A stretch of DNA of 64,000 nt from Minisyncoccota bacterium (GTDB lineage Bacteria > Patescibacteriota > Minisyncoccia > UBA6257 > JAGOQP01). Numbering within the stretch: position 1 is the stretch's first letter; every line of letters begins with the position of its first letter. The stretch covers positions 6,499 to 70,498 of the forward strand of contig JAGOQP010000004.1 of NCBI GenBank assembly GCA_017991375.1, written 5' to 3'. A model generated the notes under the pieces. That model ran no database searches. It saw only the letters and a program-made list of their open reading frames with translations, and was not told where the DNA came from. This document shows, piece after piece, positions 47,595 to 57,020 of the stretch. The translations under genes were made by a program, and so were the position numbers.

Positions 47595-48933
47595 ATTCTG
47601 GATGCTCTGATTTTATTGTTAATAACTCATCAAGCTTTGCCTGCGCTTCTTGTAGCGCCGTATTATTTCCCATCTCTGCGTTATCGGATTCCATTAATTG
47701 GATAAGGCCAGCGTACATAGATCTAAATGTATCCATCAGTTGTTGTAGTCCAATGAGTTGCTCTGAAAAATCAGACGACCTTACATCGACTCCTTGTAGC
47801 CCCTGCAGATTTTCCATCGCTTTGGTTAACGCCGTTTGTATGCCGTCGATAACTGCTTGTATTTCTGTCACTGTCGCCTCGCCAACACCCGAGGTCGCGC
47901 ACTGTGCAAGCGATTGAGCGAGGGTGAGCGCTTCGTTATATTTTTGGGCAACGGGATCGAAATAATCAATAAACTGCTGGTACTCTGCTATCATATTGTC
48001 TACTTGCTCCTGATTATACTGAGCGATAATTTCATCACCGTCCCCCGAATCACCGCTTCCTGTTGAAGAAAAACCATCTTGGAAGTACGATACTAACCTA
48101 TCTATAAGCGCGTTTATTACTGCCGCGTAAATGCTTTGAATGTTACTTGTAAAATCAAACTTACCGTCAACAATTTTGTTTGCCGCGTTCGCCACAACTG
48201 ATGCTGGAGCCATAATATTCCACTTTTCGCACTCCTTGCTCTGATCGTCGTTTGTGTACTTGAGACATTTTTTAGGAGCAAGGAATCCTCCCGCTGACGT
48301 CGATTCGTTTTGTCGCGCCTCTTTTTCCGCAGACGCTTTTGTCAGGAATTGACCCTCGAGCCGCAAGCTGATCCAATAAGGATTTACTTCTGGTGAAAAC
48401 ATCGCGTCGTATGTCAGCCAATCGCCCCTTCTTAGAAAATCTTTGGTGTTTTCCAGGTTTTGTCTAAAATCCTCAAAACGACAAGTTACCGGCATATTAT
48501 TTCCCCTTACATTGTAGTACTTATACATCGCAATCAATCTGACGCGCAGTTGTTGCGAAAATGGAGCACAAAGATTGAGGCCTTCTGTTTTTAGGTATTC
48601 ATTGAGCGAATCAAACGCGATGTTCCCCGCATCATTTAGAAATGCCTTCCAATCGCCGACAAATTTAGGCTTTCCGCCTCCGTTGATCCAATTGATAATT
48701 TCCTCGGTCATCAAGTCGACGATACGACGCACCATTAAGTCCCTGACCATTTTCCACTTATCATTCTTTCTATCTATTACCTGATCTTGTACTGTTTGTT
48801 TTGTCGTCACCATCTGATGTTCAAAATCGTTGACTGGAACACCTGTGCCAACCGCTTTTACATCAGTTATACCAAAAACTAGCGCGCTTAACACACACAA
48901 CAGAAAAAGTGCCCCTATTACTTTAACTTTCAT
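47584..48933 (-). CDS. secreted hypothetical protein (T4SS operon)
   Basis: 449 aa with a signal peptide (MKVKVIGALFLLCVLSALVFGITDVKA). The C-terminal half is helical and coiled-coil-like. No recognisable family. Confidence 0.45.
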   Translation of the reverse strand: MKVKVIGALFLLCVLSALVFGITDVKAVGTGVPVNDFEHQMVTTKQTVQDQVIDRKNDKWKMVRDLMVRRIVDLMTEEIINWINGGGKPKFVGDWKAFLNDAGNIAFDSLNEYLKTEGLNLCAPFSQQLRVRLIAMYKYYNVRGNNMPVTCRFEDFRQNLENTKDFLRRGDWLTYDAMFSPEVNPYWISLRLEGQFLTKASAEKEARQNESTSAGGFLAPKKCLKYTNDDQSKECEKWNIMAPASVVANAANKIVDGKFDFTSNIQSIYAAVINALIDRLVSYFQDGFSSTGSGDSGDGDEIIAQYNQEQVDNMIAEYQQFIDYFDPVAQKYNEALTLAQSLAQCATSGVGEATVTEIQAVIDGIQTALTKAMENLQGLQGVDVRSSDFSEQLIGLQQLMDTFRSMYAGLIQLMESDNAEMGNNTALQEAQAKLDELLTIKSEHPECVQ

Positions 48934-48984
48934 AACGGGATTACACTTTTAGTATACCACATCGATGATTTTACTGCTTGTGTA

Positions 48985-50154
48985 TTACTGCAGTCCTGTA
49001 CCAAAATAGGAGATCATTCCTTGCCCCCACGAATAATAATCGTATAAGGAGTGCGTGCAGATGCCCGGACCACCAATCGCTTCTCCCAAAATCCAGTTTC
49101 CTGTTATTACCATTTTGTACAGAAATGGATTGTAGAGATACACGACCCAATACAAGAAGAACGCTCCACCGGTTGGAGGTGATATGGTAAGGGCCAATCC
49201 CGTTAAACAGGTATCCGTTATGGTGATAATCCCCCCAAATGGAATAAGTCCTGGTGTCGCGTAGGTGGGGGTCGCCATGCCTATTAATGTTGCCACCGCG
49301 CGCCAAAAACCGCTTGGTTTTTGGGCGGTTAGTTTTAGGGCTTTTTTTATAACATCCGACTGAGCCGCGTATGTGTTTTTGTATTCATTTGATTTTTGCT
49401 CAAGCGTCGCCGGCGTGCCGTCTCCGCTCAATACCGCGTCCACAAATGATACGTTGTACTGGGCCCAGTTTATAAGGTCTTTTTTTTGACTATGTGTTAT
49501 TGATGCCGCACCTAACTGTGCTTGAGCTTGAATACCAATCTTTTTCCACACACTCAATGTTTTTTTGGTCTGATCAGTAAGACCATTTTTGAGCGCATCC
49601 TCTAGGGCCGCAGGGATTGTTGCTGGAATTCCATTTACAGTAAGCATGCCAGCTATATCGTCCTTACTTACCATAACGTTTTTCGCTATGGCTGTTATCT
49701 CTTGAGCGAGTGTCTGCGTTGGATTATTTATTGACACACTTGGTGAGGATGAAACAGTTAACGCTGTTTTTGGCGTTTGGACTACTACCGGTGTTACACT
49801 CGGTGATCGTGATACGGCAACGTTTTTTTCTAGTATTTTATTTTTAATCGCTAATTTCGTTTTGATGCCTACGTATCCATATGCGGGCGTTATTCCCTGC
49901 TCTTTTTGAAATCGGATTACTGCTTTTTTGGTAAGTTGTCCAAAGTATCCGGTTACGAGTCGCTCGGGATATGTAGTTTTGTTGTTATATTTTTCGTCAG
50001 ACAAAAATGTTTGTAATGTTGCCACCGCGTCCCCTCGTGAGCCACTATATATGTCTTGAGACGAGGCTGTTAACTCATCATATGATAAGATCTGCGCTTG
50101 TGCGACGCCACACCACAGAGACACAAGAAAAACAAAAATTATTATCCTTTTCAT
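48985..50154 (-). CDS. secreted peptidoglycan-binding domain protein with hydrophobic Gly-rich C-terminal domain (T4SS operon)
   Basis: A signal peptide is followed by a PG_binding_1-like unit (GSRGDAVATLQTFL...GYFGQLTKKAVIRFQKEQGI). The C-terminal ~110 aa are hydrophobic and G/P-rich (GLIPFGGIITITD..GGAFFLYWVVYLYNPF). Confidence 0.5.
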   Translation of the reverse strand: MKRIIIFVFLVSLWCGVAQAQILSYDELTASSQDIYSGSRGDAVATLQTFLSDEKYNNKTTYPERLVTGYFGQLTKKAVIRFQKEQGITPAYGYVGIKTKLAIKNKILEKNVAVSRSPSVTPVVVQTPKTALTVSSSPSVSINNPTQTLAQEITAIAKNVMVSKDDIAGMLTVNGIPATIPAALEDALKNGLTDQTKKTLSVWKKIGIQAQAQLGAASITHSQKKDLINWAQYNVSFVDAVLSGDGTPATLEQKSNEYKNTYAAQSDVIKKALKLTAQKPSGFWRAVATLIGMATPTYATPGLIPFGGIITITDTCLTGLALTISPPTGGAFFLYWVVYLYNPFLYKMVITGNWILGEAIGGPGICTHSLYDYYSWGQGMISYFGTGLQ

Positions 50155-50158
50155 ATTT

Positions 50159-50935
50159 TTAATACGCTGTTATTTGTGACTGTATTTTGACCCAATCCTT
50201 GAGAACGTCTGGGAGCGCATCAAGACCGAGCGACGCCTTGAGTGGATCTTTATCAAACACTATAAAGGAGTCGAATATTTTTTGGAGGTTTTCAAAAAAA
50301 ATAATGTTTTGTTTGTGAAATGTAGTAAATACTCGTGGCACGGGAAGTGTTTTTAAACTACTTACAATCTTTCTGTTCATATCACTTGCCTCCTTGGCGG
50401 GCGTTGTATTGTTTCTCAAAAAAACATCATCAACCATCGTGTCAATCCATGTTCCTTTTTTAATAAGCCCTATTTCTTTCTCAACTATTGTTGCGTATGC
50501 ATCTCCATACTCTTTCTTTCTCGCGTCTGATATGTCATCTACTATGCGGATGTCGCTATCTTTTACTGCTCGGTATAATTCTAAAATATTGGTACTCGTC
50601 GCTCCCAAATTTTTTATATTCACCGCCGCCAATGATTGACTCAGCGAAGAAATATCAGCACTCCCATCCCATGAACTTAGAAGTTGATCGGTAATATCTT
50701 GTGTGATGTTTCCCGTCACGTTGTTTGATGATTCACTCACGCTCTTTGGTGATGAGGTAGCACCTTCTTTAATGCTTATATTTTGCTTTATAATTCCCTC
50801 CTGCTGGATTGACTGAGACGTTCCTAATTGTGTTGATTTATCCTCTTTAACCCCGCCGACAAAAAAGAACCATCCCACAAGAAAGGCGGCGATGAGAACT
50901 GCAAATACTATACCGATTCGCTGCGATTGTTTCAT
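50159..50935 (-). CDS. membrane-anchored hypothetical protein (first gene of T4SS operon)
   Basis: 258 aa. One N-terminal TM (IGIVFAVLIAAFLVGWFFFVGG) is followed by a Ser-rich linker and a soluble domain. Confidence 0.4.
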   Translation of the reverse strand: MKQSQRIGIVFAVLIAAFLVGWFFFVGGVKEDKSTQLGTSQSIQQEGIIKQNISIKEGATSSPKSVSESSNNVTGNITQDITDQLLSSWDGSADISSLSQSLAAVNIKNLGATSTNILELYRAVKDSDIRIVDDISDARKKEYGDAYATIVEKEIGLIKKGTWIDTMVDDVFLRNNTTPAKEASDMNRKIVSSLKTLPVPRVFTTFHKQNIIFFENLQKIFDSFIVFDKDPLKASLGLDALPDVLKDWVKIQSQITAY

Positions 50936-50965
50936 TGCGTGTATTGTATCACGCGACTCGCGGGC

Positions 50966-51757
50966 TCACAATTGAGTTGCTATTTTTTCTATTAATTCAA
51001 CACTTAAATCTTGAGGGCGTGCTTGTTTTGATAGATCATACATCCTCAGAACATTTTCTATTTTTTCTCTTTCATATCCCCCTTGCGCCAGGTTTGAGAC
51101 AGCCATTTTTCTTGGCTGTTTGAATACCGCGCGCATACATTTATAAAACAGCTCTGGGGCGCACCGCGCTTTCTCGACGCGAGGAATAATCTCTATAACA
51201 GCCGAGCTCACTTTGGGAGGTGGATTAAAGTTTCCCGCAGCAACGATGAATTTTTTACGGGGAACTCCCCAATATTGAACCGATGCGGCGAGCATATTCA
51301 TTTTGGGCGGACGGACGGTGAGACGGCTAGCTACTTCTTCTTGGATAAGCGCGATTGTTTGAGTTGGTTTTACTTTCGCATCCCCTATAACACGCAATAA
51401 ACTTCCGGTTATGTAGTATGGGATGTTGCCAATAACTACATAAGACGCGTGACGGGCGCGTCGTGATGAGGCGATCAACGGAAAAACATCAAGAGCATCT
51501 TGATTGATTATTTTGACGTACTCTCCTTTTATATTTTCTTTTAACGCGGGGATAAGTGCTTTATCTTTTTCTATGCACACTAACTGCCATTTTTTTATGC
51601 GCGCGTTTTTAAAGCGTTCTATGATGTGCTTGGTCAACTGCCCCGTTCCCGAGCCAATTTCGATTACCACCATGTTCTCGCATGGCTCTATTATTCTGGC
51701 GATTTTTTCCAATATCGCTTCATTCTTAAGAAAATGTTGGCCTAGTCGTCTTCCCAT
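50966..51757 (-). CDS. rsmA: 16S rRNA (adenine1518/1519-N6)-dimethyltransferase RsmA/KsgA
   Basis: LGQHFL at the N-terminus, VVIEIGSGTGQLT (SAM motif I) and NIPYYIT are present. Confidence 0.85.
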   Translation of the reverse strand: MGRRLGQHFLKNEAILEKIARIIEPCENMVVIEIGSGTGQLTKHIIERFKNARIKKWQLVCIEKDKALIPALKENIKGEYVKIINQDALDVFPLIASSRRARHASYVVIGNIPYYITGSLLRVIGDAKVKPTQTIALIQEEVASRLTVRPPKMNMLAASVQYWGVPRKKFIVAAGNFNPPPKVSSAVIEIIPRVEKARCAPELFYKCMRAVFKQPRKMAVSNLAQGGYEREKIENVLRMYDLSKQARPQDLSVELIEKIATQL

Positions 51758-51765
51758 ATTATTGG

Positions 51766-53559
51766 CTAATCATACTCGATAAAACGCTCCTCGTCATCAA
51801 GTGTTTTTTCTCCCATAAAAGTCGTGTGCTGGGGTGGTAATTCGTAGATAAATCGTGACGGAGTAGTATAGAAACTGATCGTAAGCGATTCTTTTGCTCG
51901 CGTCATCGCCACATACATTAGACGGCGCTCTTCTTCCATTTCCCGCTCAGAAAACAACGCTCGTTGGTGTGGTAGTATTCCCTCGTTGACGCCCACAATA
52001 AATACCGCATCAAACTCAAGCCCTTTAGCAAGATGGATGGTCATTAGATACAATCCTCCCGTGACAACCTTTTGGCGCTTTTTTCTTTTTGCATCAAGTG
52101 GGCTTGCGAGCGCTATTTTTTGAAGCACGTCGTCGATTGACGAGAATTGGTGAGTAAAATATACAAGCTCTTGCACGTTTTCTATTCGGTCCTGATAATT
52201 TTCGAACTCTTTTTGCAACATCGCAAAAAAATCCGCCCGCTTGAGCGCGTACTCAAGTACTTGTGCTGGTGGCATGAGCGCTGCTTTTTGAGGTAATACT
52301 TGTTCAAACTCTGTGTATATATTTTTATAAAACGTTTTTTTGATCCGCTCTAGACTAATAGAGTCGCTTGGGTTGGCCGCATACCGCAATATAGCAATGC
52401 AATCTTTTATCTCTTTGCGCTCATAGAAAGACTGCGCTCCAAAAAGATTATATTCCGCTCCATGCTCAACACATGACTGCTCCAATGCTCGACTCTGCGC
52501 GTTTGTTCGAAAGAGCACACCAACTGACTTTCCCTCTTTTGCTAGATCGTTTGCTTTTTCTATAACATAGTCGGCCTCTATAAATTCATTATCTAATTCG
52601 GTAATAGTGATTGGGTCTCCTTGGTTATTTTGAGTCCATAACTCTTTGTGTTTTTGAGCGCTGTTGCGCGCGATAAGCGCAGACGATGACTCTATAATGG
52701 TTTTTGTGGATCGATAGTTTTGGTCCAATACGACGATGCGCGTCTGAGGCCATTCTTTTTCGAAGTTGAGAAAGTTTCTGAAGTCGGCGAACCTAAACGC
52801 GTATATAGATTGAGCATCGTCTCCTACTACATTTATGTTTTTATGTTCTTGCGCGAGCATTTTTACCATTGCATACTGGGCTGTGTTTATATCTTGATAC
52901 TCATCGATAAGGATGTAGTCATATCGCGCCTGGTATGCCTTTTTGACTACTGGGTGCTTCTCGAACGCGCGCACTACTTTTTCGATTAAGTCATCAAAAT
53001 CAAACGCATTATTCTTTTGTAACGCCTGCTCGTATAACACATACAGCGACATTTCAATCTGATACATGCCCGCGTTCATTTCGCTTTTGTTCGCGCCGCA
53101 ACACCATTCATTCTTAACCTTTGAAAAGAACCGCATTAGTTTTGGTGGAGCATATTTTTTTGGATCAGTGTTTGATTCTTTGACAATGTTTTTAATAACG
53201 CGCAGAGAATCGTCGTCGTCATAAATGGTAAATCCTGGCGTTCTTCCCCATAGAGCGCTCTGTTCACGAAGGATGCGCGCGCCGAATGAGTGAAACGTTC
53301 CCACAAATGGCTCGTCTGTTATGGTGATATGGTGATCATCTATTATTTTTTTTACTCGCGATTTCATTTCGTCCGCCGCCTTGTTTGTGAATGTTATAGC
53401 AACAATACGTTTTGGATCAACGTGTTTTTCCGCGATTAAATATGCTAGTCGCGCAGTGAGCGTCTTTGTTTTCCCCGACCCAGCGCCCGCAACAATTAGC
53501 AATGGGCCCTCCGAGGAATACACAGCTTCTTTTTGTTTTTCGTTAAGATCGTGGAACAT
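51766..53559 (-). CDS. UvrD/PcrA/Rep-family SF1 DNA helicase
   Basis: LNEKQKEAV, motif I (AGAGSGKT), motif II (ILIDEYQD) and downstream motifs III-VI (VGDDAQSIYAFR, YRS, GxxFD..) are present. Confidence 0.8.
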   Translation of the reverse strand: MFHDLNEKQKEAVYSSEGPLLIVAGAGSGKTKTLTARLAYLIAEKHVDPKRIVAITFTNKAADEMKSRVKKIIDDHHITITDEPFVGTFHSFGARILREQSALWGRTPGFTIYDDDDSLRVIKNIVKESNTDPKKYAPPKLMRFFSKVKNEWCCGANKSEMNAGMYQIEMSLYVLYEQALQKNNAFDFDDLIEKVVRAFEKHPVVKKAYQARYDYILIDEYQDINTAQYAMVKMLAQEHKNINVVGDDAQSIYAFRFADFRNFLNFEKEWPQTRIVVLDQNYRSTKTIIESSSALIARNSAQKHKELWTQNNQGDPITITELDNEFIEADYVIEKANDLAKEGKSVGVLFRTNAQSRALEQSCVEHGAEYNLFGAQSFYERKEIKDCIAILRYAANPSDSISLERIKKTFYKNIYTEFEQVLPQKAALMPPAQVLEYALKRADFFAMLQKEFENYQDRIENVQELVYFTHQFSSIDDVLQKIALASPLDAKRKKRQKVVTGGLYLMTIHLAKGLEFDAVFIVGVNEGILPHQRALFSEREMEEERRLMYVAMTRAKESLTISFYTTPSRFIYELPPQHTTFMGEKTLDDEERFIEYD

Positions 53560-53713
53560 AACTCGATGCGAATTTACGAATGGAGACGACTGACAACTAA
53601 CAACCTACAACAGCGGGGAGGCAATCGTTGATCATCTACTACCAGAAAATAACAAAAGAGTAAGTACCACTATAGCATAGTGGGTTTTAATACAAAATAA
53701 ACTTTTAATCACA

Positions 53714-55252
53714 TTACGCTCCGACGCGAGAGCGATACGAGAACGCTTCATTCGCGCAATCTGTATCAACTATGTCCTTTTGATCACAATCTGCTATTGT
53801 TTGGGCTACTTTGAGCATTTTAAAATATCCTCTTGCTGAAATGTGCCCCTTGTCGAGCATTTGATTCATTATATTTTTGGCGTCCGGGGTGAGTTGTATT
53901 GTCTCTTGTGCTTGTTTTGATGAAAGATGCGCGTTCTTTACGTTTTTTATCTGATGGCGTTGACATCGATCGCCTTGTCGCGCGCGTGCTTTTTCTATTG
54001 TTTCTTTGCGCGTTATTGTTTCATATTCATCATCTTTTTTTTCTAAATCATCTGAAGTAACGCGTCCTACCCATATATGCATATCGATACGATCCATTAG
54101 GGGCCCTGACAGCTTCTTTTGGTACCTTTGAATCTCATACGCACCACACACGCATCTTTTTTGATCATCTCCCCAGTATCCACAAGGGCACGGATTGGCT
54201 GCCGCAACCAGCATAAACTCAGCGGGGAAGGTTACTGTTTGTTTCGCGCGAGAAACAATTACCACTCCTTGTTCCAGTGGCTGTCTGAGCGCTTCAAGCA
54301 CGTCCCGATGAAATTCGGGGAACTCATCCATAAAAAGAACCCCTTTGTGCGCTAGACTAATTTCTCCCGGTCGTGGATTTTGACCACCACCCACAATCGC
54401 AACCGTTGACGCTGAGTGGTGGGGTGAGCGGAACGGTCTTTGTAACACATAAGGTTGTCCCACCAAAAGACCTGCCGCGCTGTGAATTCGCGTTACCTCA
54501 ATCGCTTCTTTTCTATCGAGATCCGAAAGTAGCGACACAAGCCCTTGCGCCAACATTGTTTTCCCCGTTCCTGGAGGGCCCATCATAAATATATTGTGTC
54601 CTCCTGCCGCGGCAATAGTAAGAGCTCTCTTTGCCGCTTGTTGTCCTTTGATGTGAGAGATGTCCGCTGTGTTACTTGTGCTTATTCTTTCCTGCTGAGA
54701 TTCGAGGGCTCCTTTTTGTATTCGTCCCTCTACATACTCAATAATTTCTCTTAAGTGCCCCACTGGAATAATTTTTACACCATCAATGAGCGCTACTTCT
54801 TTTTTGTTTTCTTCTGGAATAATTATTTCATCAAATCCATTCTCTTTTGCCACGCAACACATATTGAGCGCCCCCACCACCGGGCGAACCATGCCGTTGA
54901 GCGCAAGTTCTCCAACCACCATTCTTTTTTTTGTGTCCTGTATCGCGATCTGACCTGACGCACGTAAATATCCTAATGCAATGGCAACGTCGTATTGCGA
55001 TCCGTTCTTTTTTATATCAGCTGGAGCGAGATTAATCGTTACTCTTCTATTTTCACGCGTCGGTGGTTTGACTCCACAATTTTTTAGCGCTGAAGCAACC
55101 CGCTCGCGCGCTTCTGATACCGCTTTGTCAGCAAGACCAACGATAGTAAACGACGACAAACCAATGTTGATATCGGTTTCCACTTCTATAACCCGCGCGT
55201 AGATGCCATCAAGCTCTGCCGCAAAAAACGTCGCCGTTGTTTTTTCTCCCAT
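53714..55252 (-). CDS. YifB/ComM-family Mg-chelatase-like AAA+ ATPase
   Basis: The N-terminal ChlI/Lon-like domain (GLSSFTIVGLADKAVSEARERV) is followed by Walker A (GPPGTGKT) and Walker B (LFMDEFPEF) motifs and a C-terminal Mg-chelatase domain. Confidence 0.8.
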   Translation of the reverse strand: MGEKTTATFFAAELDGIYARVIEVETDINIGLSSFTIVGLADKAVSEARERVASALKNCGVKPPTRENRRVTINLAPADIKKNGSQYDVAIALGYLRASGQIAIQDTKKRMVVGELALNGMVRPVVGALNMCCVAKENGFDEIIIPEENKKEVALIDGVKIIPVGHLREIIEYVEGRIQKGALESQQERISTSNTADISHIKGQQAAKRALTIAAAGGHNIFMMGPPGTGKTMLAQGLVSLLSDLDRKEAIEVTRIHSAAGLLVGQPYVLQRPFRSPHHSASTVAIVGGGQNPRPGEISLAHKGVLFMDEFPEFHRDVLEALRQPLEQGVVIVSRAKQTVTFPAEFMLVAAANPCPCGYWGDDQKRCVCGAYEIQRYQKKLSGPLMDRIDMHIWVGRVTSDDLEKKDDEYETITRKETIEKARARQGDRCQRHQIKNVKNAHLSSKQAQETIQLTPDAKNIMNQMLDKGHISARGYFKMLKVAQTIADCDQKDIVDTDCANEAFSYRSRVGA

Positions 55253-55288
55253 AAAATAATTTAAAGAACTTTTGTTTTGCTATAAGAA

Positions 55289-55331
55289 AAATCCCCTTGG
55301 GTCCTCCGTTACGGCGGACTCGAGGGGATTT
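55289..55331 (-). terminator. long hairpin immediately downstream of the dksA-like gene
   Basis: aaatcccct...aggggattt forms a 9-bp outer stem with an imperfect inner stem. The trailing U-run on the minus strand is weak. Confidence 0.35.
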
Positions 55332-55333
55332 AT

Positions 55334-55672
55334 TTATTTTTCGTGGGCATTTATTTTACATGAGCGACACAGATGCGATTCGGGAACAATATCAAGAATA
55401 TCATCCTCTATTATTCCCTGGCATACATCGCACACCCCGTACGTACCACGCTCTATACGAGCAAGCGCTGATTCAATCGCCGACAATCGTTGACGCATAG
55501 TGGTTTCTTTTGCTCCCTGTTCAAACGAAAGCGTTGATTCATCCACCTCGTCCTCATTGCCGGGAAAATCCCCTAGATCAACCGGCGACCCAAATTCCTG
55601 TATGGCTTTTTCTGTTTCCTCTTTTTCTTTGAGCAGTTTTTCTTTGTAGAAATTTAGTTTTGCTTCATCCAT
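55334..55672 (-). CDS. DksA/TraR-family C4-type zinc-finger protein
   Basis: A coiled-coil N-region is followed by CDVCQGII...CRSCK, a CxxC-(17)-CxxC zinc finger at the C-terminus. The start was moved to MDEAKLNFYK. Confidence 0.65.
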   Translation of the reverse strand: MDEAKLNFYKEKLLKEKEETEKAIQEFGSPVDLGDFPGNEDEVDESTLSFEQGAKETTMRQRLSAIESALARIERGTYGVCDVCQGIIEDDILDIVPESHLCRSCKINAHEK

Positions 55673-55676
55673 ATTA

Positions 55677-56828
55677 TTATGGGTTAGTTGGTGTGGCTGG
55701 AGTTCCCTGTGGAACATTGGTTGCTTGAGGCGTACTTGTTGCCGGGGGCGTTGGTGTTGTTTGACCCATAGATGTCTTGAGTCGTCTTATCACATCAACC
55801 ATCTGATTATACGATGTTGCTAGTACTATATATTTCCCCGTTGTTGTTTCGACAAACCCATACTCAAACACCTGTCCTAATTTTGTATTGTAAGCGATAT
55901 ACCGCACAGGAAATCCTTCAATGAGACCATCTTTGAACGCCGCTCCTGTTGGAAGTTTTACGTCTGATAGAAATAGGTTTTTGCTCTCTTGTCCTGATTC
56001 AATAAGCATTCCAATAGTTGAGGTTACCTGAGAAATAACCACCGCCGGCTGCAATTTAAACACAACCCCTACTTTGTTTCCACCAACCTTATCGGCATAC
56101 AACCACATCGTCGCATCTTTTTGAATGTATTGAGAGGCATTTTGCGCAAATGTTGGCAGTAACATCTGAGCAATAACAGCCGCTTCTATTGGTTTTTGAG
56201 CTGCGTCAACTACGGGCATTTCTTTTACGCTTCCTACCACCATCTTATCTTGAGCCGCAACCGCCAGGGCAGATTTTATCCCCACAAGAGAGATGTCCGA
56301 AAGAATAAGCGGCTCTGTTTTTGTTGGATTACTAATTACCGAATTGTGAATTACTTGTTCCGGTGTTGGCTCTGGCGTCTGAGTTATCTCGGGTGTTGGC
56401 TGTATTGTTGCCAGAGGAAGCTCTCCCTCTGGTGTTACCACTGGAACTGGTTGATTAAGCGCGGTTACTAAATAATACGCTCCAAATCCAAGCGCTCCTA
56501 ACAGAATAACTATTCCGATAGTCCAACCGATTTTTTTAGCAATTCCAGATGATGGGGTGGTTTCTTCCTGCACCACTTGTGGCGCTGGAGTGCTTTCTTG
56601 AGGCGGTGTGCTTTGTTGAGGTTGCTGGTATATATTCGTTGCCTGATTAGTTGTTGAAAGCTCTGGCGCGTTTATTACCTGTGATTGAGGCATTTCCCCT
56701 CCGCTTTGTTGCACTGACTGTACATCGCTTGCCATTGTTCGGACCCCCACCTGCTCCTCCGGAGATGGTGGTGATGGAGGAATATTTGTTTGATTATTTT
56801 GCTGATAATTATTTTGGTTTTGATCCAT
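55677..56828 (-). CDS. membrane-anchored hypothetical protein with Q/N/P-rich disordered N-terminus
   Basis: The first ~110 aa are low-complexity (QNNYQQNNQTN...). One TM (WTIGIVILLGALGFGAYYLV) and a C-terminal globular domain follow. Confidence 0.4.
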   Translation of the reverse strand: MDQNQNNYQQNNQTNIPPSPPSPEEQVGVRTMASDVQSVQQSGGEMPQSQVINAPELSTTNQATNIYQQPQQSTPPQESTPAPQVVQEETTPSSGIAKKIGWTIGIVILLGALGFGAYYLVTALNQPVPVVTPEGELPLATIQPTPEITQTPEPTPEQVIHNSVISNPTKTEPLILSDISLVGIKSALAVAAQDKMVVGSVKEMPVVDAAQKPIEAAVIAQMLLPTFAQNASQYIQKDATMWLYADKVGGNKVGVVFKLQPAVVISQVTSTIGMLIESGQESKNLFLSDVKLPTGAAFKDGLIEGFPVRYIAYNTKLGQVFEYGFVETTTGKYIVLATSYNQMVDVIRRLKTSMGQTTPTPPATSTPQATNVPQGTPATPTNP

Positions 56829-57020
56829 GATTTTTTTGGCTCTCGCCGCTAATAAATAGAACCTTTTTTACAGTGTACCACACCACAACTAAAACAAAAA
56901 GGTTTTTGGGTTAATAACTTATTTAGTGTCTATTGCACGCTATGTTTGACGATTATTGTTGGTACTTTACGCGACCAATCTTAGCCATTTTGCCTATGGT
57001 TAGTGTGGTATACTTGTTGC

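Noticed and set aside
55683-55690. third occurrence of the gttagttg motif
   Set aside because: It lies inside the coding C-terminus of the 55677..56828 gene and is only 8 nt, so it is probably coincidental.
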